Shown one piece after another: positions 52,501 through 64,000 of a stretch of 64,000 nucleotides of DNA. The DNA comes from Ylistrum balloti. Its lineage: Eukaryota. The notes under the pieces are model-generated. The model had not been told where the DNA came from. It was given only the letters and a program-made list of their open reading frames with translations, and ran no database searches. The translations under genes were made by a program, and so were the position numbers. How positions within the stretch are numbered: position 1 is the stretch's first letter; every line of letters begins with the position of its first letter. Location: NCBI RefSeq assembly GCF_031769215.1, contig NW_026782423.1, positions 372,001-436,000 of the forward strand, read 5' to 3'.

Positions 52501-55500
52501 AACAATGTGTATGGTTATCGTGCGTAACGGAACGGAAAATGCTAAGATTTCATAATATCTGATTGTTACCTGAGCCTATACAAGTGAGTGTAAATTTCAA
52601 GTGTTTGAAACCGATCTTTGACACTGACGATGCAAATCTAATTCTTGTTCGTATATACTGGCTATGTGACCATGTAAATTTCAATACTAAAAGTACTCAT
52701 TAATGCATTTTCTTTACCATGGTTTAATTATCGTCGATGATTTAGAGAAAATGATGGCATCCGTTTGATCGATTCTAAAAATTCGAGATATGTAAGGCGA
52801 AATCATTTAGAAACAAGCAGATTGTTGATAAAACATGATAGATATTTTCATTTAACTGAAATATTGAATAATCGTAGATTTTTGCATCTTGACGATGCTG
52901 TTTTCAATTGGTTTTGTAATTGGAATATCTAATATATCATTATATCATTAACCTGTTAATAAATATATGCAACGATAACTGGGAAATAACACTTGACTAT
53001 TTTCAGGTCACGTGCAAGTTGAACCTGATGGCCGAGTTCTCATCACTGGCAACTCTTTGTCCATTTTCGGCACAATTTGTGGAGATGGATGGAGCGACGA
53101 GTCAGCAAGCGTGGTTTGTCGTAATGCGGGTTTGTCCAATACAGGTACAGCTATCATGTTACCGCCTTCCTCTGTCTATAGGACGATGTCTGTGTTGCAT
53201 TTAGCTTGCACAGGAAAAGAGGCAGACTGTAATCAGTGCCACAAGGAGGATTTCATTATCGGTATCTCGGTATGTCCCTCCAACATGGAAGCTGGCGTGG
53301 ACTGTTTCGGTGGCATGGTGACACCGTCACCGACACCTGGTAATTTGGCTTCCTCTACAAAGATGCCTATTACAAGTTAGTAAACTATTCATTCTTTTAT
53401 CTATATTAATATAGTGAATAATTCTTACTTGCTTAATGCTCACATACAAAGTGCAGAATAATAATTTTTCCTGATGAGAAGGAGAAGGCTATTTCAACAA
53501 TGACTGAACGGTTATAAGATCTGATGCATTGGTTTATGGGTATGTGTATCGTATCTAACGGACCGGAAGTGCATTCGTTCATCTTTTGGTTCTTGTAAGA
53601 ATGTGTTTAAGACATAAATATTTGCGATTCATATGTTTAAAAAATTAGATCTGATTCCATGTGTTTTCATTGCTGGCCTGCACTGAACGTTCTTTTCATC
53701 ATCATAACTCGCCGATACATGTAGAAATTGCTATCGCTTTGATAATACACGTTGACTGATGTGGATATTATAAATGTGGCGTTAATGAAAACCCAATTCG
53801 TCCATTACAGATAACAGGACGGAAGAAGTATATATCGGTCCGAATGGTCGTGTCATGGTGTTTGACAAAGTTAAGGGAATAGAAGGTACAGTGTGCAGTA
53901 ACGCTTGGGATGATCGAGATGCCGAAGTTGTTTGTCGGTATCTTGGTCTAGGTAGTCCAGCTGTGGCGGAAACTCTGCCAAGGGACTTTGGCTTCAACAG
54001 GACAGCGTTTGGTATACATTGTCTTGGCAACGAGACTGATATTTCGCAATGTAGTGCCGATACATATGATGTAACTATGGGAGCATGTGACCAAATGGGC
54101 GATGCTGTGGCGAGATGTGCAATGATGCCAGTGACAAGTACGTCTTGTTTTCTTTCGTTCTTTTAAATGAAAGGTGTTGTACTTTCCGAGAAATTCGTAT
54201 GTGTTCATACCGATTTCAACAGTTACATGAGTATCTATTTTCGAACGTAACATGGATTCCATATCAGAAAAAATTCCAAAAGATTGTTAAAGTGGAAATA
54301 TCCCTTTTATCGGGATTTTGCATATGTATATTCGCATCTTGCTCTACAAGAATAGTTTCATTCATAGTTGTTACTATCAACGTTTACATTGATATTAACT
54401 AGAGAATAGATTTTGTTGGAGTTGATATTGAAGTTGAGGATCAAGTCTAGGATGAATAGACATTGCCCTTCTGGTGTGTCAACGAAATCGTTTAAAACCA
54501 TGTGTGATATTGTGTATAAGTAGTTGTTCCTTTCGATAGCTCGAAAGTAACTGAAATGCTTTGATCATTAGAAGAATTGTTAATGTGACTGATATAAATA
54601 TTTGAACGTCGTGTTTATTGCAGACAACATAACACACGACGTATACATTGATCCAAGTGGTCGAGTTATGATGTTTGATAAAGCAAAGAGAACTGAGGGC
54701 ACTGTGTGCAGTAACGCTTGGGATGACCGAGACGCCGAAGTGCTTTGTCGATATCTTGGTCTAGGTGGTCCGGCTTCAGCAGAAACTTTGCCAAGGGACT
54801 TTCGCTTTAACAGAACAGCGTTTGGTATACATTGTCTTGGAAATGAGACTGATCTTTGGCAATGCAAGGGTGACAACTACGACGTAACTATGGGAGCTTG
54901 CAACTATATGGATGATGCCGTGGCGAGATGTGGAATCACGCCCAAGACAAGTATGATTCATTAGCAAATTATTTAAACTTTGATACGTATCAGTGTTCTG
55001 ATTTATCTTCGATAATGCAATACTATGTTTTATTTGTGGGAATGTTACATCTATCACAGAAAATATTCATTCAATTGGGGAAATAGAGGAAATAGGCGAA
55101 ATCGTCATTTGATCAATATTTCGGAAAGAAGTAAAACGCGTGGATGTTAACTTTCAGATAGACGAAGAAAAACTCCGCTTCGCATATTCTCTATTATTTG
55201 CAATTCTTTCCTCTTTGCTTCTTCCAAGCATATGTTTACCAAGGAGAGACATAAGCATTTGCGATTCATATGTTTAAAAAATTAGATCTGATTCCATGTG
55301 TTTTCATTGCTGGCCTGCACTGAACGTTCTTTTCATCATCATAACTCGCCGATACATGTAGAAATTGCTATCGCTTTGATAATACACGTTGACTGATGTG
55401 GATATTATAAATGTGGCGTTAATGAAAACCCAATTCGTCCATTACAGATAACAGGACGGAAGAAGTATATATCGGTCCGAATGGTCGTGTCATGGTGTTT

Positions 55501-58500
55501 GACAAAGTTAAGGGAATAGAAGGTACAGTGTGCAGTAACGCTTGGGATGATCGAGATGCCGAAGTTGTTTGTCGGTATCTTGGTCTAGGTAGTCCAGCTG
55601 TGGCGGAAACTCTGCCAAGGGACTTTGGCTTCAACAGGACAGCGTTTGGTATACATTGTCTTGGCAACGAGACTGATATTTCGCAATGTAGTGCCGATAC
55701 ATATGATGTAACTATGGGAGCATGTGACCAAATGGGCGATGCTGTGGCGAGATGTGCAATGATGCCAGTGACAAGTACGTCTTGTTTTCTTTCGTTCTTT
55801 TAAATGAAAGGTGTTGTACTTTCCGAGAAATTCGTATGTGTTCATACCGATTTCAACAGTTACATGAGTATCTATTTTCGAACGTAACATGGATTCCATA
55901 TCAGAAAAAATTCCAAAAGATTGTTAAAGTGGAAATATCCCTTTTATCGGGATTTTGCATATGTATATTCGCATCTTGCTCTACAAGAATAGTTTCATTC
56001 ATAGTTGTTACTATCAACGTTTACATTGATATTAACTAGAGAATAGATTTTGTTGGAGTTGATATTGAAGTTGAGGATCAAGTCTAGGATGAATAGACAT
56101 TGCCCTTCTGGTGTGTCAACGAAATCGTTTAAAACCATGTGTGATATTGTGTATAAGTAGTTGTTCCTTTCGATAGCTCGAAAGTAACTGAAATGCTTTG
56201 ATCATTAGAAGAATTGTTAATGTGACTGATATAAATATTTGAACGTCGTGTTTATTGCAGACAACATAACACACGACGTATACATTGATCCAAGTGGTCG
56301 AGTTATGATGTTTGATAAAGCAAAGAGAACTGAGGGCACTGTGTGCAGTAACGCTTGGGATGACCGAGACGCCGAAGTGCTTTGTCGATATCTTGGTCTA
56401 GGTGGTCCGGCTTCAGCAGAAACTTTGCCAAGGGACTTTCGCTTTAACAGAACAGCGTTTGGTATACATTGTCTTGGAAATGAGACTGATCTTTGGCAAT
56501 GCAAGGGTGACAACTACGACGTAACTATGGGAGCTTGCAACTATATGGATGATGCCGTGGCGAGATGTGGAATCACGCCCAAGACAAGTATGATTCATTA
56601 GCAAATTATTTAAACTTTGATACGTATCAGTGTTCTGATTTATCTTCGATAATGCAATACTATGTTTTATTTGTGGGAATGTTACATCTATCACAGAAAA
56701 TATTCATTCAATTGGGGAAATAGAGGAAATAGGCGAAATCGTCATTTGATCAATATTTCGGAAAGAAGTAAAACGCGTGGATGTTAACTTTCAGATAGAC
56801 GAAGAAAAACTCCGCTTCGCATATTCTCTATTATTTGCAATTCTTTCCTCTTTGCTTCTTCCAAGCATATGTTTACCAAGGAGAGACATAAGCATTTGCG
56901 ATTCATATGTTTAAAAAATTAGATCTGATTCCATGTGTTTTCATTGCTGGCCTGCACTGAACGTTCTTTTCATCATCATAACTCGCCGATACATGTAGAA
57001 ATTGCTATCGCTTTGATAATACACGTTGACTGATGTGGATATTATAAATGTGGCGTTAATGAAAACCCAATTCGTCCATTACAGATAACAGGACGGAAGA
57101 AGTATATATCGGTCCGAATGGTCGTGTCATGGTGTTTGACAAAGTTAAGGGAATAGAAGGTACAGTGTGCAGTAACGCTTGGGATGATCGAGATGCCGAA
57201 GTTGTTTGTCGGTATCTTGGTCTAGGTAGTCCAGCTGTGGCGGAAACTCTGCCAAGGGACTTTGGCTTCAACAGGACAGCGTTTGGTATACATTGTCTTG
57301 GCAACGAGACTGATATTTCGCAATGTAGTGCCGATACATATGATGTAACTATGGGAGCATGTGACCAAATGGGCGATGCTGTGGCGAGATGTGCAATGAT
57401 GCCAGTGACAAGTACGTCTTGTTTTCTTTCGTTCTTTTAAATGAAAGGTGTTGTACTTTCCGAGAAATTCGTATGTGTTCATACCGATTTCAACAGTTAC
57501 ATGAGTATCTATTTTCGAACGTAACATGGATTCCATATCAGAAAAAATTCCAAAAGATTGTTAAAGTGGAAATATCCCTTTTATCGGGATTTTGCATATG
57601 TATATTCGCATCTTGCTCTACAAGAATAGTTTCATTCATAGTTGTTACTATCAACGTTTACATTGATATTAACTAGAGAATAGATTTTGTTGGAGTTGAT
57701 ATTGAAGTTGAGGATCAAGTCTAGGATGAATAGACATTGCCCTTCTGGTGTGTCAACATCGTTTAAAACCATGTGTGATATTGTGTATAAGTAGTTGTTC
57801 CTTTCGATAGCTCGAAAGTAACTGAAATGCTTTGATCATTAGAAGAATTGTTAATGTGACTGATATAAATATTTGAACGTCGTGTTTATTGCAGACAACA
57901 TAACACACGACGTATACATTGATCCAAGTGGTCGAGTTATGATGTTTGATAAAGCAAAGAGAACTGAGGGCACTGTGTGCAGTAACGCTTGGGATGACCG
58001 AGACGCCGAAGTGCTTTGTCGATATCTTGGTCTAGGTGGTCCGGCTTCAGCAGAAACTTTGCCAAGGGACTTTCGCTTTAACAGAACAGCGTTTGGTATA
58101 CATTGTCTTGGAAATGAGACTGATCTTTGGCAATGCAAGGGTGACAACTACGACGTAACTATGGGAGCTTGCAACTATATGGATGATGCCGTGGCGAGAT
58201 GTGGAATCACGCCCAAGACAAGTATGATTCATTAGCAAATTATTTAAACTTTGATACGTATCAGTGTTCTGATTTATCTTCGATAATGCAATACTATGTT
58301 TTATTTGTGGGAATGTTACATCTATCACAGAAAATATTCATTCAATTGGGGAAATAGAGGAAATAGGCGAAATCGTCATTTGATCAATATTTCGGAAAGA
58401 AGTAAAACGCGTGGATGTTAACTTTCAGATAGACGAAGAAAAACTCCGCTTCGCATATTCTCTATTATTTGCAATTCTTTCCTCTTTGCTTCTTCCAAGC

Positions 58501-61500
58501 ATATGTTTACCAAGGAGAGACATAAGCATTTGCGATTCATATGTTTAAAAAATTAGATCTGATTCCATGTGTTTTCATTGCTGGCCTGCACTGAACGTTC
58601 TTTTCATCATCATAACTCGCCGATACATGTAGAAATTGCTATCGCTTTGATAATACACGTTGACTGATGTGGATATTATAAATGTGGCGTTAATGAAAAC
58701 CCAATTCGTCCATTACAGATAACAGGACGGAAGAAGTATATATCGGTCCGAATGGTCGTGTCATGGTGTTTGACAAAGTTAAGGGAATAGAAGGTACAGT
58801 GTGCAGTAACGCTTGGGATGATCGAGATGCCGAAGTTGTTTGTCGGTATCTTGGTCTAGGTAGTCCAGCTGTGGCGGAAACTCTGCCAAGGGACTTTGGC
58901 TTCAACAGGACAGCGTTTGGTATACATTGTCTTGGCAACGAGACTGATATTTCGCAATGTAGTGCCGATACATATGATGTAACTATGGGAGCATGTGACC
59001 AAATGGGCGATGCTGTGGCGAGATGTGCAATGATGCCAGTGACAAGTACGTCTTGTTTTCTTTCGTTCTTTTAAATGAAAGGTGTTGTACTTTCCGAGAA
59101 ATTCGTATGTGTTCATACCGATTTCAACAGTTACATGAGTATCTATTTTCGAACGTAACATGGATTCCATATCAGAAAAAATTCCAAAAGATTGTTAAAG
59201 TGGAAATATCCCTTTTATCGGGATTTTGCATATGTATATTCGCATCTTGCTCTACAAGAATAGTTTCATTCATAGTTGTTACTATCAACGTTTACATTGA
59301 TATTAACTAGAGAATAGATTTTGTTGGAGTTGATATTGAAGTTGAGGATCAAGTCTAGGATGAATAGACATTGCCCTTCTGGTGTGTCAACGAAATCGTT
59401 TAAAACCATGTGTGATATTGTGTATAAGTAGTTGTTCCTTTCGATAGCTCGAAAGTAACTGAAATGCTTTGATCATTAGAAGAATTGTTAATGTGACTGA
59501 TATAAATATTTGAACGTCGTGTTTATTGCAGACAACATAACACACGACGTATACATTGATCCAAGTGGTCGAGTTATGATGTTTGATAAAGCAAAGAGAA
59601 CTGAGGGCACTGTGTGCAGTAACGCTTGGGATGACCGAGACGCCGAAGTGCTTTGTCGATATCTTGGTCTAGGTGGTCCGGCTTCAGCAGAAACTTTGCC
59701 AAGGGACTTTCGCTTTAACAGAACAGCGTTTGGTATACATTGTCTTGGAAATGAGACTGATCTTTGGCAATGCAAGGGTGACAACTACGACGTAACTATG
59801 GGAGCTTGCAACTATATGGATGATGCCGTGGCGAGATGTGGAATCACGCCCAAGACAAGTATGATTCATTAGCAAATTATTTAAACTTTGATACGTATCA
59901 GTGTTCTGATTTATCTTCGATAATGCAATACTATGTTTTATTTGTGGGAATGTTACATCTATCACAGAAAATATTCATTCAATTGGGGAAATAGAGGAAA
60001 TAGGCGAAATCGTCATTTGATCAATATTTCGGAAAGAAGTAAAACGCGTGGATGTTAACTTTCAGATAGACGAAGAAAAACTCCGCTTCGCATATTCTCT
60101 ATTATTTGCAATTCTTTCCTCTTTGCTTCTTCCAAGCATATGTTTACCAAGGAGAGACATAAGCATTTGCGATTCATATGTTTAAAAAATTAGATCTGAT
60201 TCCATGTGTTTTCATTGCTGGCCTGCACTGAACGTTCTTTTCATCATCATAACTCGCCGATACATGTAGAAATTGCTATCGCTTTGATAATACACGTTGA
60301 CTGATGTGGATATTATAAATGTGGCGTTAATGAAAACCCAATTCGTCCATTACAGATAACAGGACGGAAGAAGTATATATCGGTCCGAATGGTCGTGTCA
60401 TGGTGTTTGACAAAGTTAAGGGAATAGAAGGTACAGTGTGCAGTAACGCTTGGGATGATCGAGATGCCGAAGTTGTTTGTCGGTATCTTGGTCTAGGTAG
60501 TCCAGCTGTGGCGGAAACTCTGCCAAGGGACTTTGGCTTCAACAGGACAGCGTTTGGTATACATTGTCTTGGCAACGAGACTGATATTTCGCAATGTAGT
60601 GCCGATACATATGATGTAACTATGGGAGCATGTGACCAAATGGGCGATGCTGTGGCGAGATGTGCAATGATGCCAGTGACAAGTACGTCTTGTTTTCTTT
60701 CGTTCTTTTAAATGAAAGGTGTTGTACTTTCCGAGAAATTCGTATGTGTTCATACCGATTTCAACAGTTACATGAGTATCTATTTTCGAACGTAACATGG
60801 ATTCCATATCAGAAAAAATTCCAAAAGATTGTTAAAGTGGAAATATCCCTTTTATCGGGATTTTGCATATGTATATTCGCATCTTGCTCTACAAGAATAG
60901 TTTCATTCATAGTTGTTACTATCAACGTTTACATTGATATTAACTAGAGAATAGATTTTGTTGGAGTTGATATTGAAGTTGAGGATCAAGTCTAGGATGA
61001 ATAGACATTGCCCTTCTGGTGTGTCAACGAAATCGTTTAAAACCATGTGTGATATTGTGTATAAGTAGTTGTTCCTTTCGATAGCTCGAAAGTAACTGAA
61101 ATGCTTTGATCATTAGAAGAATTGTTAATGTGACTGATATAAATATTTGAACGTCGTGTTTATTGCAGACAACATAACACACGACGTATACATTGATCCA
61201 AGTGGTCGAGTTATGATGTTTGATAAAGCAAAGAGAACTGAGGGCACTGTGTGCAGTAACGCTTGGGATGACCGAGACGCCGAAGTGCTTTGTCGATATC
61301 TTGGTCTAGGTGGTCCGGCTTCAGCAGAAACTTTGCCAAGGGACTTTCGCTTTAACAGAACAGCGTTTGGTATACATTGTCTTGGAAATGAGACTGATCT
61401 TTGGCAATGCAAGGGTGACAACTACGACGTAACTATGGGAGCTTGCAACTATATGGATGATGCCGTGGCGAGATGTGGAATCACGCCCAAGACAAGTATG

Positions 61501-63956
61501 ATTCATTAGCAAATTATTTAAACTTTGATACGTATCAGTGTTCTGATTTATCTTCGATAATGCAATACTATGTTTTATTTGTGGGAATGTTACATCTATC
61601 ACAGAAAATATTCATTCAATTGGGGAAATAGAGGAAATAGGCGAAATCGTCATTTGATCAATATTTCGGAAAGAAGTAAAACGCGTGGATGTTAACTTTC
61701 AGATAGACGAAGAAAAACTCCGCTTCGCATATTCTCTATTATTTGCAATTCTTTCCTCTTTGCTTCTTCCAAGCATATGTTTACCAAGGAGAGACATAAG
61801 CATTTGCGATTCATATGTTTAAAAAATTAGATCTGATTCCATGTGTTTTCATTGCTGGCCTGCACTGAACGTTCTTTTCATCATCATAACTCGCCGATAC
61901 ATGTAGAAATTGCTATCGCTTTGATAATACACGTTGACTGATGTGGATATTATAAATGTGGCGTTAATGAAAACCCAATTCGTCCATTACAGATAACAGG
62001 ACGGAAGAAGTATATATCGGTCCGAATGGTCGTGTCATGGTGTTTGACAAAGTTAAGGGAATAGAAGGTACAGTGTGCAGTAACGCTTGGGATGATCGAG
62101 ATGCCGAAGTTGTTTGTCGGTATCTTGGTCTAGGTAGTCCAGCTGTGGCGGAAACTCTGCCAAGGGACTTTGGCTTCAACAGGACAGCGTTTGGTATACA
62201 TTGTCTTGGCAACGAGACTGATATTTCGCAATGTAGTGCCGATACATATGATGTAACTATGGGAGCATGTGACCAAATGGGCGATGCTGTGGCGAGATGT
62301 GCAATGATGCCAGTGACAAGTACGTCTTGTTTTCTTTCGTTCTTTTAAATGAAAGGTGTTGTACTTTCCGAGAAATTCGTATGTGTTCATACCGATTTCA
62401 ACAGTTACATGAGTATCTATTTTCGAACGTAACATGGATTCCATATCAGAAAAAATTCCAAAAGATTGTTAAAGTGGAAATATCCCTTTTATCGGGATTT
62501 TGCATATGTATATTCGCATCTTGCTCTACAAGAATAGTTTCATTCATAGTTGTTACTATCAACGTTTACATTGATATTAACTAGAGAATAGATTTTGTTG
62601 GAGTTGATATTGAAGTTGAGGATCAAGTCTAGGATGAATAGACATTGCCCTTCTGGTGTGTCAACGAAATCGTTTAAAACCATGTGTGATATTGTGTATA
62701 AGTAGTTGTTCCTTTCGATAGCTCGAAAGTAACTGAAATGCTTTGATCATTAGAAGAATTGTTAATGTGACTGATATAAATATTTGAACGTCGTGTTTAT
62801 TGCAGACAACATAACACACGACGTATACATTGATCCAAGTGGTCGAGTTATGATGTTTGATAAAGCAAAGAGAACTGAGGGCACTGTGTGCAGTAACGCT
62901 TGGGATGACCGAGACGCCGAAGTGCTTTGTCGATATCTTGGTCTAGGTGGTCCGGCTTCAGCAGAAACTTTGCCAAGGGACTTTCGCTTTAACAGAACAG
63001 CGTTTGGTATACATTGTCTTGGAAATGAGACTGATCTTTGGCAATGCAAGGGTGACAACTACGACGTAACTATGGGAGCTTGCAACTATATGGATGATGC
63101 CGTGGCGAGATGTGGAATCACGCCCAAGACAAGTATGATTCATTAGCAAATTATTTAAACTTTGATACGTATCAGTGTTCTGATTTATCTTCGATAATGC
63201 AATACTATGTTTTATTTGTGGGAATGTTACATCTATCACAGAAAATATTCATTCAATTGGGGAAATAGAGGAAATAGGCGAAATCGTCATTTGATCAATA
63301 TTTCGGAAAGAAGTAAAACGCGTGGATGTTAACTTTCAGATAGACGAAGAAAAACTCCGCTTCGCATATTCTCTATTATTTGCAATTCTTTCCTCTTTGC
63401 TTCTTCCAAGCATATGTTTACCAAGGAGAGACATAAGCATTTGCGATTCATATGTTTAAAAAATTAGATCTGATTCCATGTGTTTTCATTGCTGGCCTGC
63501 ACTGAACGTTCTTTTCATCATCATAACTCGCCGATACATGTAGAAATTGCTATCGCTTTGATAATACACGTTGACTGATGTGGATATTATAAATGTGGCG
63601 TTAATGAAAACCCAATTCGTCCATTACAGATAACAGGACGGAAGAAGTATATATCGGTCCGAATGGTCGTGTCATGGTGTTTGACAAAGTTAAGGGAATA
63701 GAAGGTACAGTGTGCAGTAACGCTTGGGATGATCGAGATGCCGAAGTTGTTTGTCGGTATCTTGGTCTAGGTAGTCCAGCTGTGGCGGAAACTCTGCCAA
63801 GGGACTTTGGCTTCAACAGGACAGCGTTTGGTATACATTGTCTTGGCAACGAGACTGATATTTCGCAATGTAGTGCCGATACATATGATGTAACTATGGG
63901 AGCATGTGACCAAATGGGCGATGCTGTGGCGAGATGTGCAATGATGCCAGTGACAA
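40508..63956 (+). CDS. Very large secreted/surface multi-SRCR protein (DMBT1-like scavenger receptor cysteine-rich), 3' end beyond window
   Basis: Signal exon 40508-40556 (MHFGALLFLASITLSC, G|GTGAGT; in-frame upstream ATG at 40457). Ten type-A exons (369 nt) start at 42781, 43917, 45052, 46189, 47326, 48463, 49599, 50735, 51871, 53007. B1 exons (327 nt) start at 53811, 55448, 57085, 58719, 60356, 61993, 63630. B2 exons (327 nt) start at 54624, 56261, 57895, 59532, 61169, 62806. All are AG/GT flanked, phase 1-1. SRCR motifs GRV..GT(I/V)C..W....A.VVCR..G...C.G.E.....C...C...AGVDC/AVARC. Confidence 0.88.
42115..42230 (+). mobile_element. Internally deleted tRNA-derived SINE (related to 33600-33803)
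   Basis: B box GGTTCGATTCC, then ggtttcctcccacagtaagacccctcgc and tail caacaagagtgattttt..aataag. Confidence 0.55.
42720..42745. repeat. (TA)13 microsatellite at the left edge of the SRCR array
   Basis: Perfect TA run ending 35 nt before the first SRCR acceptor. Confidence 0.95.
42750..53440 (+). repeat. SRCR array A: 10 exon copies in ~1136-bp tandem units (exon + intron)
   Basis: Periods of 1135-1137 bp from the ORF track. Only a handful of substitutions and 1-nt indels are visible across units, in introns as well as exons. Confidence 0.97.
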
Positions 63957-64000
63957 GTACGTCTTGTTTTCTTTCGTTCTTTTAAATGAAAGGTGTTGTA
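53610..64000 (+). repeat. SRCR array B: 1637-bp two-exon (B1+B2) units, about 6.4 copies, runs off the window
   Basis: Period 1637 bp, one period 1634 from a 3-bp intronic deletion near 57757. The translated ORFs of all units are identical. Confidence 0.97.

Noticed and set aside
43278-53204. Recurrent short ORFs MRSNGLL... and MEYLIYH... in array A
   Set aside because: They are intronic or alternative-frame by-products repeated only because the unit is repeated. An intronic T-run indel changes their frame between copies.
53782-63849. Minus-strand ORFs (MPRQCIP..., MESMLRS..., MSPLHCQ..., MIDVTFP...) over the B exons
   Set aside because: These are antisense shadows of the SRCR exons, with no recognisable domain or independent splice structure.

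Overview
AT-rich, intron-rich animal genomic DNA, not prokaryotic. The repeat families suggest a bivalve mollusc, possibly a scallop (inference). Splice sites and frame-consistent exon phases support four spliced genes. (1) Minus strand, 6712 to beyond the left edge: a 26/29-kDa-proteinase/CfaD-type cathepsin L (C1A). A ~25-copy 41-43 bp minisatellite, built from one of its own exon/intron junctions, repeats the splice donor. (2) Plus strand, 19815-29217: a complete 10-exon D-amino-acid/D-aspartate oxidase family gene (339 aa, PTS1-like SRM end). (3) Minus strand, 36293-31582: a 7-exon, 410-aa type I membrane protein with one MAM domain and a tyrosine-rich, kinase-less tail. (4) Plus strand, 40508 to beyond the right edge: a very large multi-SRCR (DMBT1-like) gene. 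It has at least 23 symmetric phase 1-1 SRCR exons in two near-perfect tandem arrays: 10 x ~1136 bp one-exon units, then about 6.4 x 1637 bp two-exon units. Intergenic and intronic DNA holds a decayed CR1/L2-group LINE with a 2A-like motif and a nested MITE, two Penelope-like RT relics, tRNA-derived SINE fragments, HINE-like repeats and several minisatellites. The strongest leads are the homogenised SRCR exon arrays and the splice-donor minisatellite. Array copy numbers need long-read confirmation.
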